DNA of 64,000 nucleotides from Callorhinchus milii (lineage: Eukaryota), in the NCBI RefSeq assembly GCF_018977255.1, contig NW_024704743.1:54438001-54502000 (forward strand), written 5' to 3'. The notes beneath the pieces are model-generated. The model had not been told where the DNA came from and made no database searches. It saw only the letters and a program-made list of their open reading frames with translations. Below, piece after piece: positions 50,209 to 63,600 of the stretch (positions are counted from its first letter, which is position 1; each line of letters starts with the position of its first letter). Made by a program: the position numbers and the translations under genes.

Positions 50209-51600
50209 GAAGAACCGAGGTTAGGTTCAACTCCTCTGGCAATGTTGGCTGCTACATGTAATAAAATCGGCAGCCCCAGCCCGTCTCCATCTCTGTCGGA
50301 TAACTCGTCCTTTGGGAAAGGATTCCATCCTTGGAAAAGATCAGCTTCCAGTTGCAACAGCGGCTCGAGCCTTTCAGGTTTCGGGCTGTCGGGCTCCAGG
50401 AACGGGTCAGGACTGTCAGACTCCTTCAGTGTCAACACGGGAAACAGCGCTTTCTCTCTCACCTCCAACACCTCGTCCACCTCGCCCTTTGCGAACGAGT
50501 ATTCGGTCTTCCAGTCTCCGGTGTCCAGCAGCTCCCAGGACCCTGGCCAGTCAGTCTTCATCTCCAAAGTTCACACCTCGGTGGACACTCTGCAGAACAG
50601 TTTACAAGGCATTTACCCCAGGGTGGGCATGGCACATCCGTACGAGACCTGGTTCAAACCGTCCCATCCCGGGATCGCAGGGGACGTGGGCGGCAGCGCT
50701 TCGACTTGGTGGGACGTGCACCCGGGAACGGCGGGTTGGATAGACGTTCAAAACCCTAACGGGGCGCTGCAGTCCACCTTGCACTCCAGCGGCCTGCAGT
50801 CCTCCCTGCATTCCCCTCTGGGCGGCTACAACTCGGACTATTCCGGCCTCGGCCACTCGGCCTTCAGCACAGCGGGTATCAACGGGGCATCGTCCCACCT
50901 GCTGACCACCAGCCAGCACCTGATCGCTCAGGAGGGCTTCAAGCCAGTCCTGCCCCCCTCGTACCCGGACTCGGCTCCCTCGCCGCTCGGCGCCAACTCC
51001 ATGCTGGGCAGCCCGGCCGCGCTGGGAGGCTCCCCCCGCTCCTCAGCCCGGCGCTACTCGGGCAGAGCGACCTGCGACTGCCCCAACTGCCAGGAGGCCG
51101 AGCGCCTGGGGCCGGCCGGCGCCAGCCTGCGGAGGAAAGGGCTGCACAGCTGCCACATCCCGGGCTGCGGGAAGGTCTACGGCAAAACGTCGCACCTGAA
51201 GGCGCACCTGCGCTGGCACACGGGCGAGAGACCCTTCGTGTGCAACTGGCTGTTCTGCGGCAAGCGCTTCACACGCTCGGACGAGCTGCAGCGCCACCTC
51301 CGCACCCACACGGGGGAGAAGCGCTTCGCCTGCCCCGTCTGCAACAAGCGCTTCATGCGGAGCGACCACCTGAGCAAGCACGTCAAGACGCACCAGAGTA
51401 CCGGGCTGGGCGGAGGGGGGGTCGGGGGCGGCGGGGGGTCGGCAGGGATCGGGGGCAGCGGCAGCAAGAAGGGCAGCGACACCGACAGCGAGCACAGCAA
51501 CCCCGGTACCCCGCGGTGCCAGTCCCCGGACCTGCTCCAGGCGGCGGTGCACAGCGGCCCCGGCGTCACCCTCAACGGCCACAACCACGGCATAGAGTGA
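50209..51600 (+). CDS. sp8: Transcription factor Sp8, coding exon 2 (463 aa; 470 aa total)
   Basis: Sp box ([14 protein letters not shown]), Buttonhead box (CDCPNCQE) and three C2H2 fingers ([12 protein letters not shown]..., [12 protein letters not shown]..., [10 protein letters not shown]...). SP8-specific segments include [23 protein letters not shown] and [14 protein letters not shown] at 51598-51600. Confidence 0.97.
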   Translation, partial: EEPRLGSTPLAMLAATCNKIGSPSPSPSLSDNSSFGKGFHPWKRSASSCNSGSSLSGFGLSGSRNGSGLSDSFSVNTGNSAFSLTSNTSSTSPFANEYSVFQSPVSSSSQDPGQSVFISKVHTSVDTLQNSLQGIYPRVGMAHPYETWFKPSHPGIAGDVGGSASTWWDVHPGTAGWIDVQNPNGALQSTLHSSGLQSSLHSPLGGYNSDYSGLGHSAFSTAGINGASSHLLTTSQHLIAQEGFKPVLPPSYPDSAPSPLGANSMLGSPAALGGSPRSSARRYSGRATCDCPNCQEAERLGPAGASLRRKGLHSCHIPGCGKVYGKTSHLKAHLRWHTGERPFVCNWLFCGKRFTRSDELQRHLRTHTGEKRFACPVCNKRFMRSDHLSKHVKTHQSTGLGGGGVGGGGGSAGIGGSGSKKGSDTDSEHSNPGTPRCQSPDLLQAAVHSGPGVTLNGHNHGIE

Positions 51601-51666
51601 AGCTGCGCACCCAGGAAGCAAAGGAAAAAAAAAAAAAAAATACTTATAACTTTATTCAAAGAGAGA

Positions 51667-51697
<31 letters not shown>

Positions 51698-53070
51698 GTT
51701 TACCTGTAAGTAAAAAAAAAAGAAAGAAACTTTTTTTTAAAAAGAAAAATTTTACAAATGCACCCGGAATCTGCTTTGCTATAGCATAGAAAAAAGGCAG
51801 CTCAGGGCAAACACAACTTGCACACATTCACCAGGTCTTCAGCACCTGAGGGTGTAATGTCCTCTCGTTCAGTTCAGTTGTTGGCTCTTACGTTTTCGCC
51901 ATTCGTAAACGCCGGGTTTCACACTGTCGCTGTACTTTAATCCGTCGCAGCAAAAGAGTTTGAGAGAGGTTTTAATTGGTGCCAATGGCCGGAGAGAGGG
52001 GTTTTTCTTTTTTTAAAAAAAAACTGTTTTTTGATAATCTGAGCATTTTCGTGTACGGGTTAACAAAACCTTTCGAGCTCTTTCTTTTTAGAAAAGGAAC
52101 CAAAACAGCGCGTGTTTACACCTCAAATATGTCCCGATGCAACAATCCTGCTGCAGCCATTTACTTTTGTTTGGCTTTAAAATGCTCTTCCGGATGCAAA
52201 GGTTTCTCCAACTTCTGTTGGGCTCGTGGCCTTTTTTGTTTTTTTTTAATCAAACAGTGCGCCATAAATACTCACAGGACGAAACCTTTTTGAGATTTTC
52301 TGGTCCTTGACTACCCGAGTCAGCTCGAACCATTGCAGCTGCGAGGGAAACACATTGCTTGTCCGAGAGACAATTCTTATGTATAGTATTTTTCGCCTGT
52401 AAATTCTTCGATAAGTATTTGAACGTGTATATTAAGGTACTTATTTTTTTTTTTGGGGGGGGGGGGAATAAAGTGGTAAGTTGATTTCAAATGCACTCGA
52501 CGGCGCTGTGTAGTGAAAATGAAATGAGGGGAAGAGAGATCATATGTAAAATAATAGCTGCAAAGCTTTGCAAAACTGAGAACTGATCCAGAGTTCATTA
52601 TTAAATAATTACTCGACTGGTGTATATGTGTGAGATGTTATTTGTCTAGGAGACGATTTGTACAGTATTTTCCTGTAAATTTTGAAAATATTTGAACATA
52701 TATGAGGCTAAGTTTAGGGTTTTATTTCGGTTGTTGTCAAAAAAAAGTAACAGTGATATGTTGCTGGAGAATTCGTTGCGAATTTTGTTCTGGACTTGTG
52801 TGTCTTGAGGTGACTCCAGGGGGTACTTTGAGAATTTCTTTTGCATTTTTGTGAACAAGAAATCTTAAACGAATGAAGCAGACGATGTTTGGTAAATGTT
52901 GAATGGCTTTTTTCATTTTTTTAATTATTTAATGGAGCATGTATCTACTTATTTGCATATACTGGCAGTCAGATAGTTTAACTGAAGACAAATGGCATAT
53001 ATTTCGTAACACGTGGGTTTGGAGCAAACCCCCAAAATATAGAATAAACCCTGGAGTAGAACTGACCTGT
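51601..53070 (+). other. sp8: Predicted sp8 3' UTR
   Basis: A/U-rich sequence after the stop codon, ending near the AATAAA at 53043. Confidence 0.6.
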
Positions 53071-53095
53071 TGTCTGCGTGCATTTGTTTTTTTTA
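53043..53095 (+). terminator. sp8: Likely main polyadenylation signal
   Basis: AATAAA at 53043-53048, followed ~20 nt later by a GU/U-rich element (TGTTGTCTGCGTGCATTTGTTTTTTT). An alternative AATAAA lies at 52467-52472. Confidence 0.65.
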
Positions 53096-54279
53096 TATAT
53101 ATATAAATGGAGGAATATTTAACGTTTTATATAAACTCGAGATATAGTCTATCTTTAATCTTTAAAATAAAATGTCTTGTAAAAATACGACTGCGTGAAC
53201 CTATTATACCGATATTATCAACAGTTTGAAAGACGCGCCGGAGCGCTATAGGGCTTCGGATATCCGTTGTGTTCGGTGCAGTTTTTGAGATGTTGATCGC
53301 GCTCTTTATTGGAGAGAGAAAAGGATTAAAAAAAAATGTCCATATAGGCTGTATTCAATACATTTTCTTTGTATCTCAGCACAGTCATGAAATTAATTGT
53401 ATCTGAAATGTATGTACCAAAATAAAGTAATATATGTACAGCAAACTTCAAAAGTCAAACGTTCCTTTAGGTGCAAATTCACCGAAGGAACATTCAACAG
53501 TTTTGTTTGTTAAAGCGCAAGTTAACCCCCTCCTCCCTTTCCCCCCCTTCCCCCAACAAATCCAACTGTGGCTTCGGGTTGCTTCTGGCTCCAGTGATCT
53601 CTCAAGTGTGGCCAGTTTAACCTTGCCTGATAGATTATTGCAAAGACCACGTAAACTGACTTTGCAAAAATAACATGAAACGTTACGAAAGTCCCAGGTT
53701 TTAAATAGGAAACGGTGCGTTTTTTTTTGCAGCGCGCGTTTCTCCATTTAGTCTGAGAGCTGGACGGGTGGATAACACGAATGCATTGCATCGCCGAGCA
53801 GTATAACTAGAAGGTATTGCGATGGTTCTCTGCCCTTCACCACCACACAAGCACTTCGTGATAGTTGTTTGTGTTGTAGGCAAACCAAAAAATGGATATC
53901 CGACTCATCGAAGAAATCGACACAGAACCACGACAATTGTTTCAACTTATTTAGATATCGGCAGCTTTAATATTTTGTTCTCTAGGGAAGAAAGTTAGTC
54001 CTCTATTACTCATACCCTTTCCCCCCTTTAATTCGCCCTCGGCACTGTGCGCATTAAGAGGAGGCATTTGCATGTTAAACGTCCTCAGAGCGATCTCAAG
54101 TGACCACAGACTGCATTGTAAACATTGATTCCGAAGGGGTTCTGTTAATTTCAAAAGGGTTTATGTATCTCTGTAGAAAATTTCAAAGGGTCGTGTTTCC
54201 CCTAACGGGGTCCCGGGAAGTTATTTGAATATCGTTAAACTTCCGTTGTAAAAGATTCAAAGAGCTATTCCCCGTCATT

Positions 54280-54500
54280 ACACAACTTATTGTGCTGGTC
54301 GAATAAAGCTGTGCATTGGTAATTACCAATTACCTTGTAGCGATGGGATTTGGCCTTTTGAAGCTCAGTTTTAATTACACACACTTCGTTGTCACAGTAA
54401 ATTAAGCAAACTTAAGGAAAAAAATCTCACACAGAAGTCATAAAAATATGTCGGAGGCTAATTCATTTTAATCGATTATCATTTCCACTTAGCGCTTGGC
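54280..54500. promoter_or_regulatory. Candidate downstream conserved non-coding element
   Basis: Perfect 16-bp palindrome ATTGGTAATTACCAAT (54315-54330) plus further TAATTA/AATTAA sites. Confidence 0.35.
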
Positions 54501-57500
54501 TCTGCTCTGCCCCCCCATACACTCACACATCTAGCATTATACAGGGCCTTCACCTCACACTGGAAAAAAAGTTTGCATTTTTCTATTAATATGGATCTAT
54601 GAATGCAACATCAGCGAACATAAAACAGCGAATGCAACATTCGCTCCTTTCGTTATTTGTTTCCACTGTTAGAGAACCGATATGAACTAGTAGTAAACCA
54701 AGCATTGGTTATAAACATGTGTATTTGTTTACAACTTTGCCTGTGTTAGCAATCTTTGGTTCTGTTTCGTAGCTAACCTGTAAAATAATGATTATTTTTA
54801 AAACTATTTTCTGACGGCTCTCGCCTGCAAAATAACCATCATTTTTTTTTGTTGAAAAAAAAATCAAGCGAAGACGTTCTTGGAGCATGTTATTTGCTGT
54901 GGTCTTTTTTTGTGTTATACGGCAGAGGCACACTTTCAATTGAATGTAAAGCTCATTGGATTGTAATACAAGGTGTGTATGGAAAAGGGCACAGAGGCAG
55001 CAGAAAACACACGGATTCTTATCTGATTTCGGACCAAAGGTTGCAGTTGACATCTCTCAGATCAAGGCAGCGCGGCGGTGGCTGATGCACTTCGGATCAA
55101 CCTGTTGTCGATCAAGAAGTAAACTCCAGCCTCGCGGACAATTCAGAGCTGTTTTTTTCCCCCCCTCTCTCTGAGCTGATCCAGCACAAGCACTTCGAAA
55201 TCATTACCCATTCCTTTGTTTCTGAAAGCATATATTAGCAGTGAAAGGAATTCTCGATTTTTAAACGGCGACTATTATTTGTGCAGTTTCCGCAGTTTGT
55301 ATTTTGACTGGTAACCTTCAATATAAATATATATTTTCAGTGGGACCAATTTACAATCCATACCGTTGTGTTATTTTTAACCAGAACCTCGTAAAGCTCT
55401 TTGGCAGATGATCTGGGAAATAAAAAAAAATGTGAAGTGATTTGCAAGTTTGCATTTATAGAAGAGGGGGGTTGTTTTGCGGTGTACTTGACATTGCAGT
55501 AAGTCTTTGCGTGACTTCCTGTTCAGTGTATAGTATAGGAGACCTGAAATAATAGTTATTGGTTCATAGACTGTGGTGTTTATATTTGTCACACGTTAAC
55601 ACTGCAGCAAAAGAGAGACAGATTCCGCAGCAAACGCTAAAACCGATCAAATATGACCAGCTTATTTTTCAACAAGTTTTGTTGATTGCATTTTTAGATG
55701 GTTTGAGGGGAATAATTATTTGATCCAAACGGTTGAAATGTGAATACCTTCTAATCTTTTACCCCCCCACCCCCTCCCCACCCCACCCCTACCACCACCA
55801 CATTAGAAGGTTTAATTTATGTGGATATGTCTTTATGTCTATTTGCTGAATAATAAATATACTGGTAGTCTAGGAGGCTCGGTGCTACATTAGATTGTCG
55901 CAGCATAGAACATGTAAGGCTGTGATTGATAAACCCCCAACGACGTCTAACAAGAAATTCACACTCTGGGTGATGTGGTCATGAATGTCAGGAGCAAGTT
56001 TCCTTTAACTTGCGGGGATCTCATACCCAAACTTTTTTCAAACGCATCAAATGCGTTGCAGCAATTATTGTCAGGTTTATTGTGGGCGACGCCGAGCGTT
56101 ATTTTTGTTAATCTCATTACACGATAAATAAGTCACTTTAATTGTTATACATGATTTTACATTCAGGTTATCATGGTGCAGACCAATTAAGACGTTTTCA
56201 GATTTATTTAGCATTTTCCTATTATTTTGAAGATCAGCTGCATGGACGCTCACGTTCACTGAACTGTAAATTTTCAGACTTTCTGGCTTTAAACTGAAGC
56301 GTTTAGTTTAAACTGAAACATACATATGCTAATGTATTATCCTTTAGGCAGAAACTTGCAAAATCTGAACACCGAATTAAATTTTCCGCGACCATTAAGA
56401 TCGATAAAATTTTCCTAAATATATATATATGGAAAAAGATAGTAAATCACACTTAAAAAGGTAGTAAAGCAGCTCAGTAAAGTTATGCTAAATTTACGCC
56501 TGGTTTCAGCAATCTCATTATACTGATCTGCACTAATTATTTATAATGGTTCAATTTAACTGCAGCGTAAATTGTTTGAAACCATTTTCGGTCGTTTCAG
56601 CAATTATTACCAGCGTTTTTATAAAGACAGTAAACTGTACCTCGGGATTGTCTCGGCTCCCGAGTGTTTATTAAATCCTTATAAATACCTCGCGATTTAT
56701 AAAGAATAATTCGCAGAAAATCAAGCAAATACGTGTAGATAGTGGGTTTAGATCACACCAACAAATACATTATAAAATACATCACGCAAGAAGTTTTATG
56801 CATCCAGATTGATTTGTACGGGAACAATATTTTTATTCTTGTTATTTTTCTTTTGGCGTTTTATTCTCTCTCGGTATAGAAAACACAGTTGCCTTCCCCT
56901 GCCCTGCCCCCATTTGGATTGATTTTCTAAAGCCCAGTGAGACGCTATTTAAATACATATATATATATATCTCGATTGCGAGAAGTCAAAAATCTCCCAA
57001 CTGAGAAGAGGGTGACAGATTTCTGCACAGTCATGGTTAGAGCTCTGTATCCTGGCTGCACAGCGACATCTCGTGTGTTTAGGTAACTTTACAACCACAC
57101 ACTTAAAGGTTGTATATGTCAGTGACAATCGATATTTCTCCTAACTTTCCTTTCATGCCTGTGGGTATTTAATGCTCTGTACGTGCGGTGACTGAAAGAA
57201 AACAGGCTTTGCACTGTCTGCATTTTTGCAACAAATAATAATCGCCGTTTTAAATATTTATTCCCTCTTGAACAGGGTTTAACAAGACTGATAGACGTCT
57301 CGAAGCATTTATTGTGCTTACAGGGTGTAAAGGTTTACACACGATTGTGCTTCTGTGCGTACTTTCTTTTATTATCCATTAATAGTTACATGTATGGATT
57401 TAAGTTTGAATCAGTTTTCCCGGGGTCACCGTCTGACCAGAATAAAATAAAATAGAATAAAATCAAAAAAAATCTTACAAGCCGATAAAGAATAACATGT

Positions 57501-58832
57501 ACTTTTTTTTAAATTGCAACGACAAAAAAGACGTTTTGGGCGCTTCATTGAAATAATAAAATGAATCTCCATGTAAAGTTTTGTCAGGCATGTCATGCTT
57601 GATTTGCAGTGTTGTTGGGGGAGCTAGTACCTGTAATGATATTTTTGTTTGAAGCCGTGCTTATTTGCTAACAACTGGTGCACCCCACTGCTTATCTAAA
57701 CGTTGTCTGTCGTGAAACGATCACTTGCAGGTGTCTGAAACCTTCAACCGGCTGTGACAGTACATGGAGATTTATTGATATTAATGCAGCATCTGTGGCC
57801 ACGCACAGCATATTATATGCCGTACATTTAACGCTCCGATGGATGTATTTTACTTTCGCATTTTATGGTATTTGGTAGATTTTCCCCCAATGAAACGCAC
57901 TTCATAAAGTCTGTGACGAATTGTTAAATTGGTAATAAAGTGCAATATGTATCCTCTCGTCCATGATGATCAGGGTCTTTATTTGGAGAGGTATTTTTTG
58001 AAGCTTGTGGTGAGTTCAGAAGGTGCTTAGGGTGCGTGCAAGGAAGTTAGTCATCCCTAGACATGGGCACAGGGTGAATCATAGCAGCTGTATTTTATAT
58101 AGACTGTCTGTGCTGTGCGATGTTGTGAAATATGTCGCAGTATTTTTTCCAGTTTGATAAGCGCATTTACATTTTGCTGTGGTAATATTTGAAAAATATA
58201 TATACTGTATGGTAATTTCTAGTTATCAAGCGTTATCTACCAACTTCGTTTTTCACTCATGAATAATGATAATATAGGTAATAATAATAATAATAATGGG
58301 TTTATTATTAACAAGTCGTTCGATGGTTTATTTCAGAATTAAATGCAATCAACCAAGTGTAGAAATTGTTGAAGGTCACTAAAAACACTAGAAAATGAGT
58401 CACATTCTTCCCAGTGAAGGAAAATGCAATTCATTTTATAATTGGTGCAATTTGAGCTGTTTTGGTCACCGAATTATTTGGCCGACAACTTGTGCTACAT
58501 TCGTGGGAGAGACTATTAAATGTTGGGTGAGACTATGATAAATCTGTCAGCTTTTTGCATATAATGTCTGTCTCTCCATTTCTGATGCTAACGAGTGTTT
58601 TCCATGTATTCCATGTGTGTGTGTGTGTTGGAGTTGGTGAAAGGAGGACTATCTAACAACGTTTAGCAATTAATTGACTTTCGTTTCAAATCGGAAATGT
58701 CAATTTCTATTTACGGAAGAAGAGCAAATGCAAACCATCAGAGAAATGATCAAAAAGTTACTGACCGAAAAAAAAGTTCAACAATTATTGCGATTGTTTA
58801 TAATTTTAAAAGAAAAGGTTTAGGTAGAATAA

Positions 58833-58879
58833 TGGTGGGGTGGGGGGGGGGGGGGGGGGGGGGGGAGGGGGGAGGGGGG
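58833..58879. repeat. Poly-G tract
   Basis: 24 consecutive G (58842-58865) with further G runs on both sides. Confidence 0.9.
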
Positions 58880-60299
58880 CGTGGAGTTTAGGGCCTTGAC
58901 CAATGCTTGAACAATTTATAATAATAATAATGATAATTTACACGCGTTAAGCGAGAAAAACAATTCCATCTTTATCTCGCATTTGCATGTGCAATATGGA
59001 TCATGTTAAAACGGCATAACTATCGCATTTTGGATTGAAATGTGGCACTCATGTTTTCCCTGTATATATATTTTGTTATATATATAGAAACTCTTGTACC
59101 TGGATGGGAGCTTTTAACATGTCGTGTTTCCAAATTCTCTGCGATGGTGATTTCCGCAATGATACTCAAACGTGCCCGAGGAGTTGTGAAAGTTGTTTCA
59201 CAGGACGATTGAGACTATCGACTTACCAGATTAAGTTCATATTAAAGAACAGCTAAAATAGCTACCCCCCCCCCCCCCCACACACACACACACACAAATA
59301 TATGATCTAGATTCAGACTTGTGATAGAAATAGGTTACTCGGTGGGCAATTGCTAAACAGCCCTTTTATTCCGCCCATTGAGAAAATCTTAATAATTACA
59401 CAATGTGATGCTATTTTTCTCAGTTAATGGTTAAATTGTATTGCACCGTTACTGGAATATCTCGCTCTCTAAAGTGACTTTTTTAGTATATATAATTGAG
59501 AAGTTGTAATGAAGGAACTATTCAGCAAGTTGAGTCTTTATGAATAAATGGTTGGCAAACCTTTACTTGCTTGGGGAGGGAGAAGAGACACATGGGTTAG
59601 GGGGATTTCCATGTATTGATGTTACATCCAGGTAAAAAGATCCTGGGTTTGAATATAATTTAAATCATATTTTCATAAATTTGACTATTCTCCAGGAATG
59701 CTACACCTTTAACAACTTTCTAATAGTTGACATTGAATTGTTGCATCGTTTTGCAGCTTTCGAACATGTTCAAGGCAATGGAAATCTTAGCAACATGATA
59801 TATTATTTGCTTGTAAATTTACCCATTCCTGTCGTGAGTTTGTTTAGCATTGTTTTTTATGTAGTATTGTCAAACCTCCTCTTTGTGCTACTGGCAAATG
59901 TTGACAGTGGTAAGTTTGAACAGAACACTTGTTGATACAAGCAGAAAATCTGAATATAGCAATCATAAGGGATGATATGCTCTTGAATTGCAAATTTCAT
60001 AGCAGTTACCAGCAATATTTCTATGTGCTCACCTGCAAAATACACAGTCACTGCTCTTTACAGTAAATCCTGCGAAGAGCTTTGAAATATCCTTCCAATG
60101 TGAAACGTGCTATATCAAATGTAAATACTATTATTATTTTTGGTGTATAAGCGCAGGTCTATTATATCTGTGCCCTAAACAGTTTATGCTGTTGACCTGT
60201 CCAGTGATAGGCAGAAGTCACTTTCCCTTTCCATCTAACTCCTCCTTCTTTCCTCCCTGCTCAGAGATCCCCATCATAAATGTTACGCCTTTTGAGACT

Positions 60300-60650
60300 T
60301 GCATCCTATATGAAAAGCACTGGTGGTGCAATATGTTGTTTCATGAAACCTAGAAAATAAGTACAATTGTAGTTTTTTAAAATTATTTTAGAGGTATTGG
60401 ATGCTAAGCAAGAGAGGAGAAGAATGGGAGAGGTGATCATCGGGGGTGCAAATGAAGAGGTAGATTTATAAGCAAGATTTAAAGACACATAGAGAGAGGG
60501 TGAAATAGAGAGACAGATGAAGGGAATTCCAAAGGGTGATGGGAGAAGAGAAACAACAGTGCAGTTTTGGGGTCTTGTTTCTTTGTGGCACAGAGGGACA
60601 TACACTTTACACTTTGTCTGCACTTTGTCTAAATTTCTATGATTCTATGA
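60300..60650. mobile_element. Degenerate L2 fragment (-) followed by a CR1 tail (+)
   Basis: Purine-rich L2-like body, then TTTCTATGATTCTATGA at ~60633-60649. Confidence 0.5.
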
Positions 60651-63600
60651 ATTACACTACTTGTAGTATTAAGCTGCAGTCTCATATTTTGGAAATGAAC
60701 TTCAATATACTGTTTTTTCTTGGATGCTGTGTTTCTTAGCTTGATATGGCAGCATATTTTTGAGAGGGCAGTTGGTAATTTGGAATATTTTAGCATCTTG
60801 AAAACTAATAATTAAATGTGCATTTTTAGGTGGTGCACATTGATTTGATAACAAACAGGACTTATTGATTTCAAACTGTTGCCGGGGATAAAAGCTTAAG
60901 ATTGTGGCAGCACAAAATGATTGTGATTAGAACTGAAACAAAGAGGCTCATCTTCATCAAAATCATATTGTCAGTCAGGAGCGATTGGGACTAACTTTAT
61001 CTATCCTTTTACCCTGCTTATTTTTGAATAACTTTGAATATTATTATAAATAACTATAATAATAATCTTTGCATTTGCTATAGCTCCTTTCACATTGTGA
61101 GGAAGTCTCAAATCGCTTATGGATTTTACTGTAAAGTGTAGTTTAATAATGAAATTGGGAGAGCACTGTTGACGGAGGTAGAAACCTGTTAGTGTAGGTT
61201 ATGTACCTATTACATACCTATATATATATATGTGTGTTGAGCACTCAGTTACATATCTTTGTCTGATATGCATCACCTTGTACAAGAGTTTCCAAACCAA
61301 ACTACTGAGGGTTCCACATATATATTGTTTCTGTTTATTTGGTATGGAGTACACACTTTCTCCATAGAGGAACACTGGCAAGATCCTTGCTGCTTATCCA
61401 GCTAGGATCACCCTACCTGTTTAGGGTTTTGGCTTGAAGGGATTAAAGGAGTCGAGTGGGAAGAATCCTTGCCTCCAGAGGGTGATCTACTTCTCCAAGG
61501 ACTGCTGACAAGCCAGTCATCAGCAGTGCTTTGGAGTATTGCTGACCTGACTATCTCAGGAATTGGACTATCAAGACCACCATTGACTAGAATCTGATAT
61601 TCCGTTGTCAGTCATGTCATCCTGGAGTCAACTCAGCCCCAAAGAGATCCCCTTACTCCCCCTTCTCCTGAAGTATAATCCTACTGGAATGATATATAGA
61701 GCCAGATTGCTGCCAATATATTCCTGAAATCTAGCAGGAGTTTCAATCTGTCTAAGTAGACTTCTAGAGAGTCTACCTGAGCCTCATCTGACTCTATGTA
61801 GTATCTGTTAGTTACAAATCCTTTTGCAGATTTTGCAAATTAGATTCCATTATGCACACAATTGCTAAATACCCTGAATTATAAATATATTTGTGATCAT
61901 GTTAATTTTGTTTCCTCCGTAAAAACTACACAATAAAGATTTTTCAAATAATGATTTGTAATTTTTGCTATTTTGATGGGGACAGTGAAGCTCTATAGTT
62001 AAAATCACAACTTTATATCATGTAGTCTGGGTAACACATTGAGATAGGGAGAGATGGGATTTGAAAATGGGACCAAACTAATAGACTGTAATGCCTTGCT
62101 CTAATGGACTCCTGATGCGATCTAAATGTAAATTTGAATTATATTGTCTTTTCAAAAAACATGCATCCCATGATACTACAGTATTTGAAAAGAGAAGGGA
62201 GTTTCTATTGGTGTCCTGACCAACAAGACTGCAGATGAATTGCTGCATGTTTGCCTACAAAAACAGTCACTTGACAGTAATTACTTGTGAAGCACTTAAA
62301 ATATGTAAAAATACACATAGACATCTACAAATACATACTGGAGTTACTATATCTTACAGAAAATCCTGTGATGCAGTTTTGTTGACACAATAAAGCATTA
62401 TATCAAATGCAAGGATTATTCTGATAAAGTGTGCAAAAATTTAATTCTGTCTTTCATTCAGTGGTTATCTAATATTTTTATATTAAACTAAGAATTATTG
62501 ATCCACAGCAACTTGAAATAAAACCATTGTGACCAGTCAATGAATCACATTTTTGTACATCTGCTAAATGTTGTGATTGTCTATCCAATTTTAGTAAAAG
62601 TAAGTTTTAATTGATTTTTGCAGCCCACTTAATATCACGCAAAGACTTGTGAGCATTACTAATGTGAAATTATATAGGCCACAAAAATAAATCCCAGTCG
62701 CACAATATTGAATATCGATATGTTTCAATAATTTAAACATTGCAAATGTATTCATCTTTAAGATTACGTTTGGAGTGAACACTGAAAATTACTATTTATG
62801 TTCATGGAATATGCCTAAATGCTCAACAATTTATTTAAATTTTAGTTAAAATTTAATATCCAATACCCAACAACTGTCACTGTGGGCCAACAGCACGTTA
62901 ATCAATTCACATGCACTCATACTGCAGCAGTAAAATTACTCAAACAATAGGTTAATTACTCTAACGTTAACTACTTGAAATGTAAAGCACAATTTTAAAT
63001 GGAAAAAAAGACATTCTATGGCCTTTCTATTATTCATTTTCTCTTCTATCCTATCCTCTTTCTATCCTTCATTATTTTAGCTTTTCTTTTATTCTTTAAG
63101 ATACACTATACATTTATACAGCACCTTTTAAATTGGGTGCATGTCTCAAAGAGCTTAATATACTCTTTCTAACTTTTTAAAAATAGCTTTTATGAGGTTT
63201 AAAATCCGCCACTTTCTTTTTCTGGCTCCTCCCTCCATAATTTCTACCCTGACTGAAAATTATAGTTAAAGGCCAGTTTGAAAGCCAACCCAAAACACAC
63301 ACTTTCAAGATTGATAGATTCTCTTCAGAAGATCTTTGACTGGAAAATCATATCAAAACAACGAAGCTGGTGTGGGTAATGAATAAACTTTTTGATGGCC
63401 TCTGTGTCTCAACATGACTGTGGAAAAGTAAATTTGTCCGTGCCCTTATTGAGGTAATATCGGAAATGATTTAAAGTACCCTATTGGTGACTCAGTAACT
63501 CAGTGGGTCAGCATTGTTTTCCCTCTGTGACCTAGAGTCACAGCCAGTTTAGACCGATTGGATGAAAGTCTTCGTTTATACTGTCTTTTGGGGGCAATTT

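Noticed and set aside
50061..51827. Overlapping and antisense ORFs (168, 143, 142, 105, 192, 216, 157 aa)
   Set aside because: Shadow ORFs caused by the high GC3 of the sp8 exon; no recognisable domains.
51838..51852. REST/RE1-like TTCAGCACC (also partial matches near 46673 and 55124)
   Set aside because: Half-sites only; the GGACAG right half is absent or the left half is poor.
61200..61810. Slightly GC-richer block that might be an exon or TE ORF
   Set aside because: No long ORF and no motif I can recognise, so it cannot be classified without a database search.
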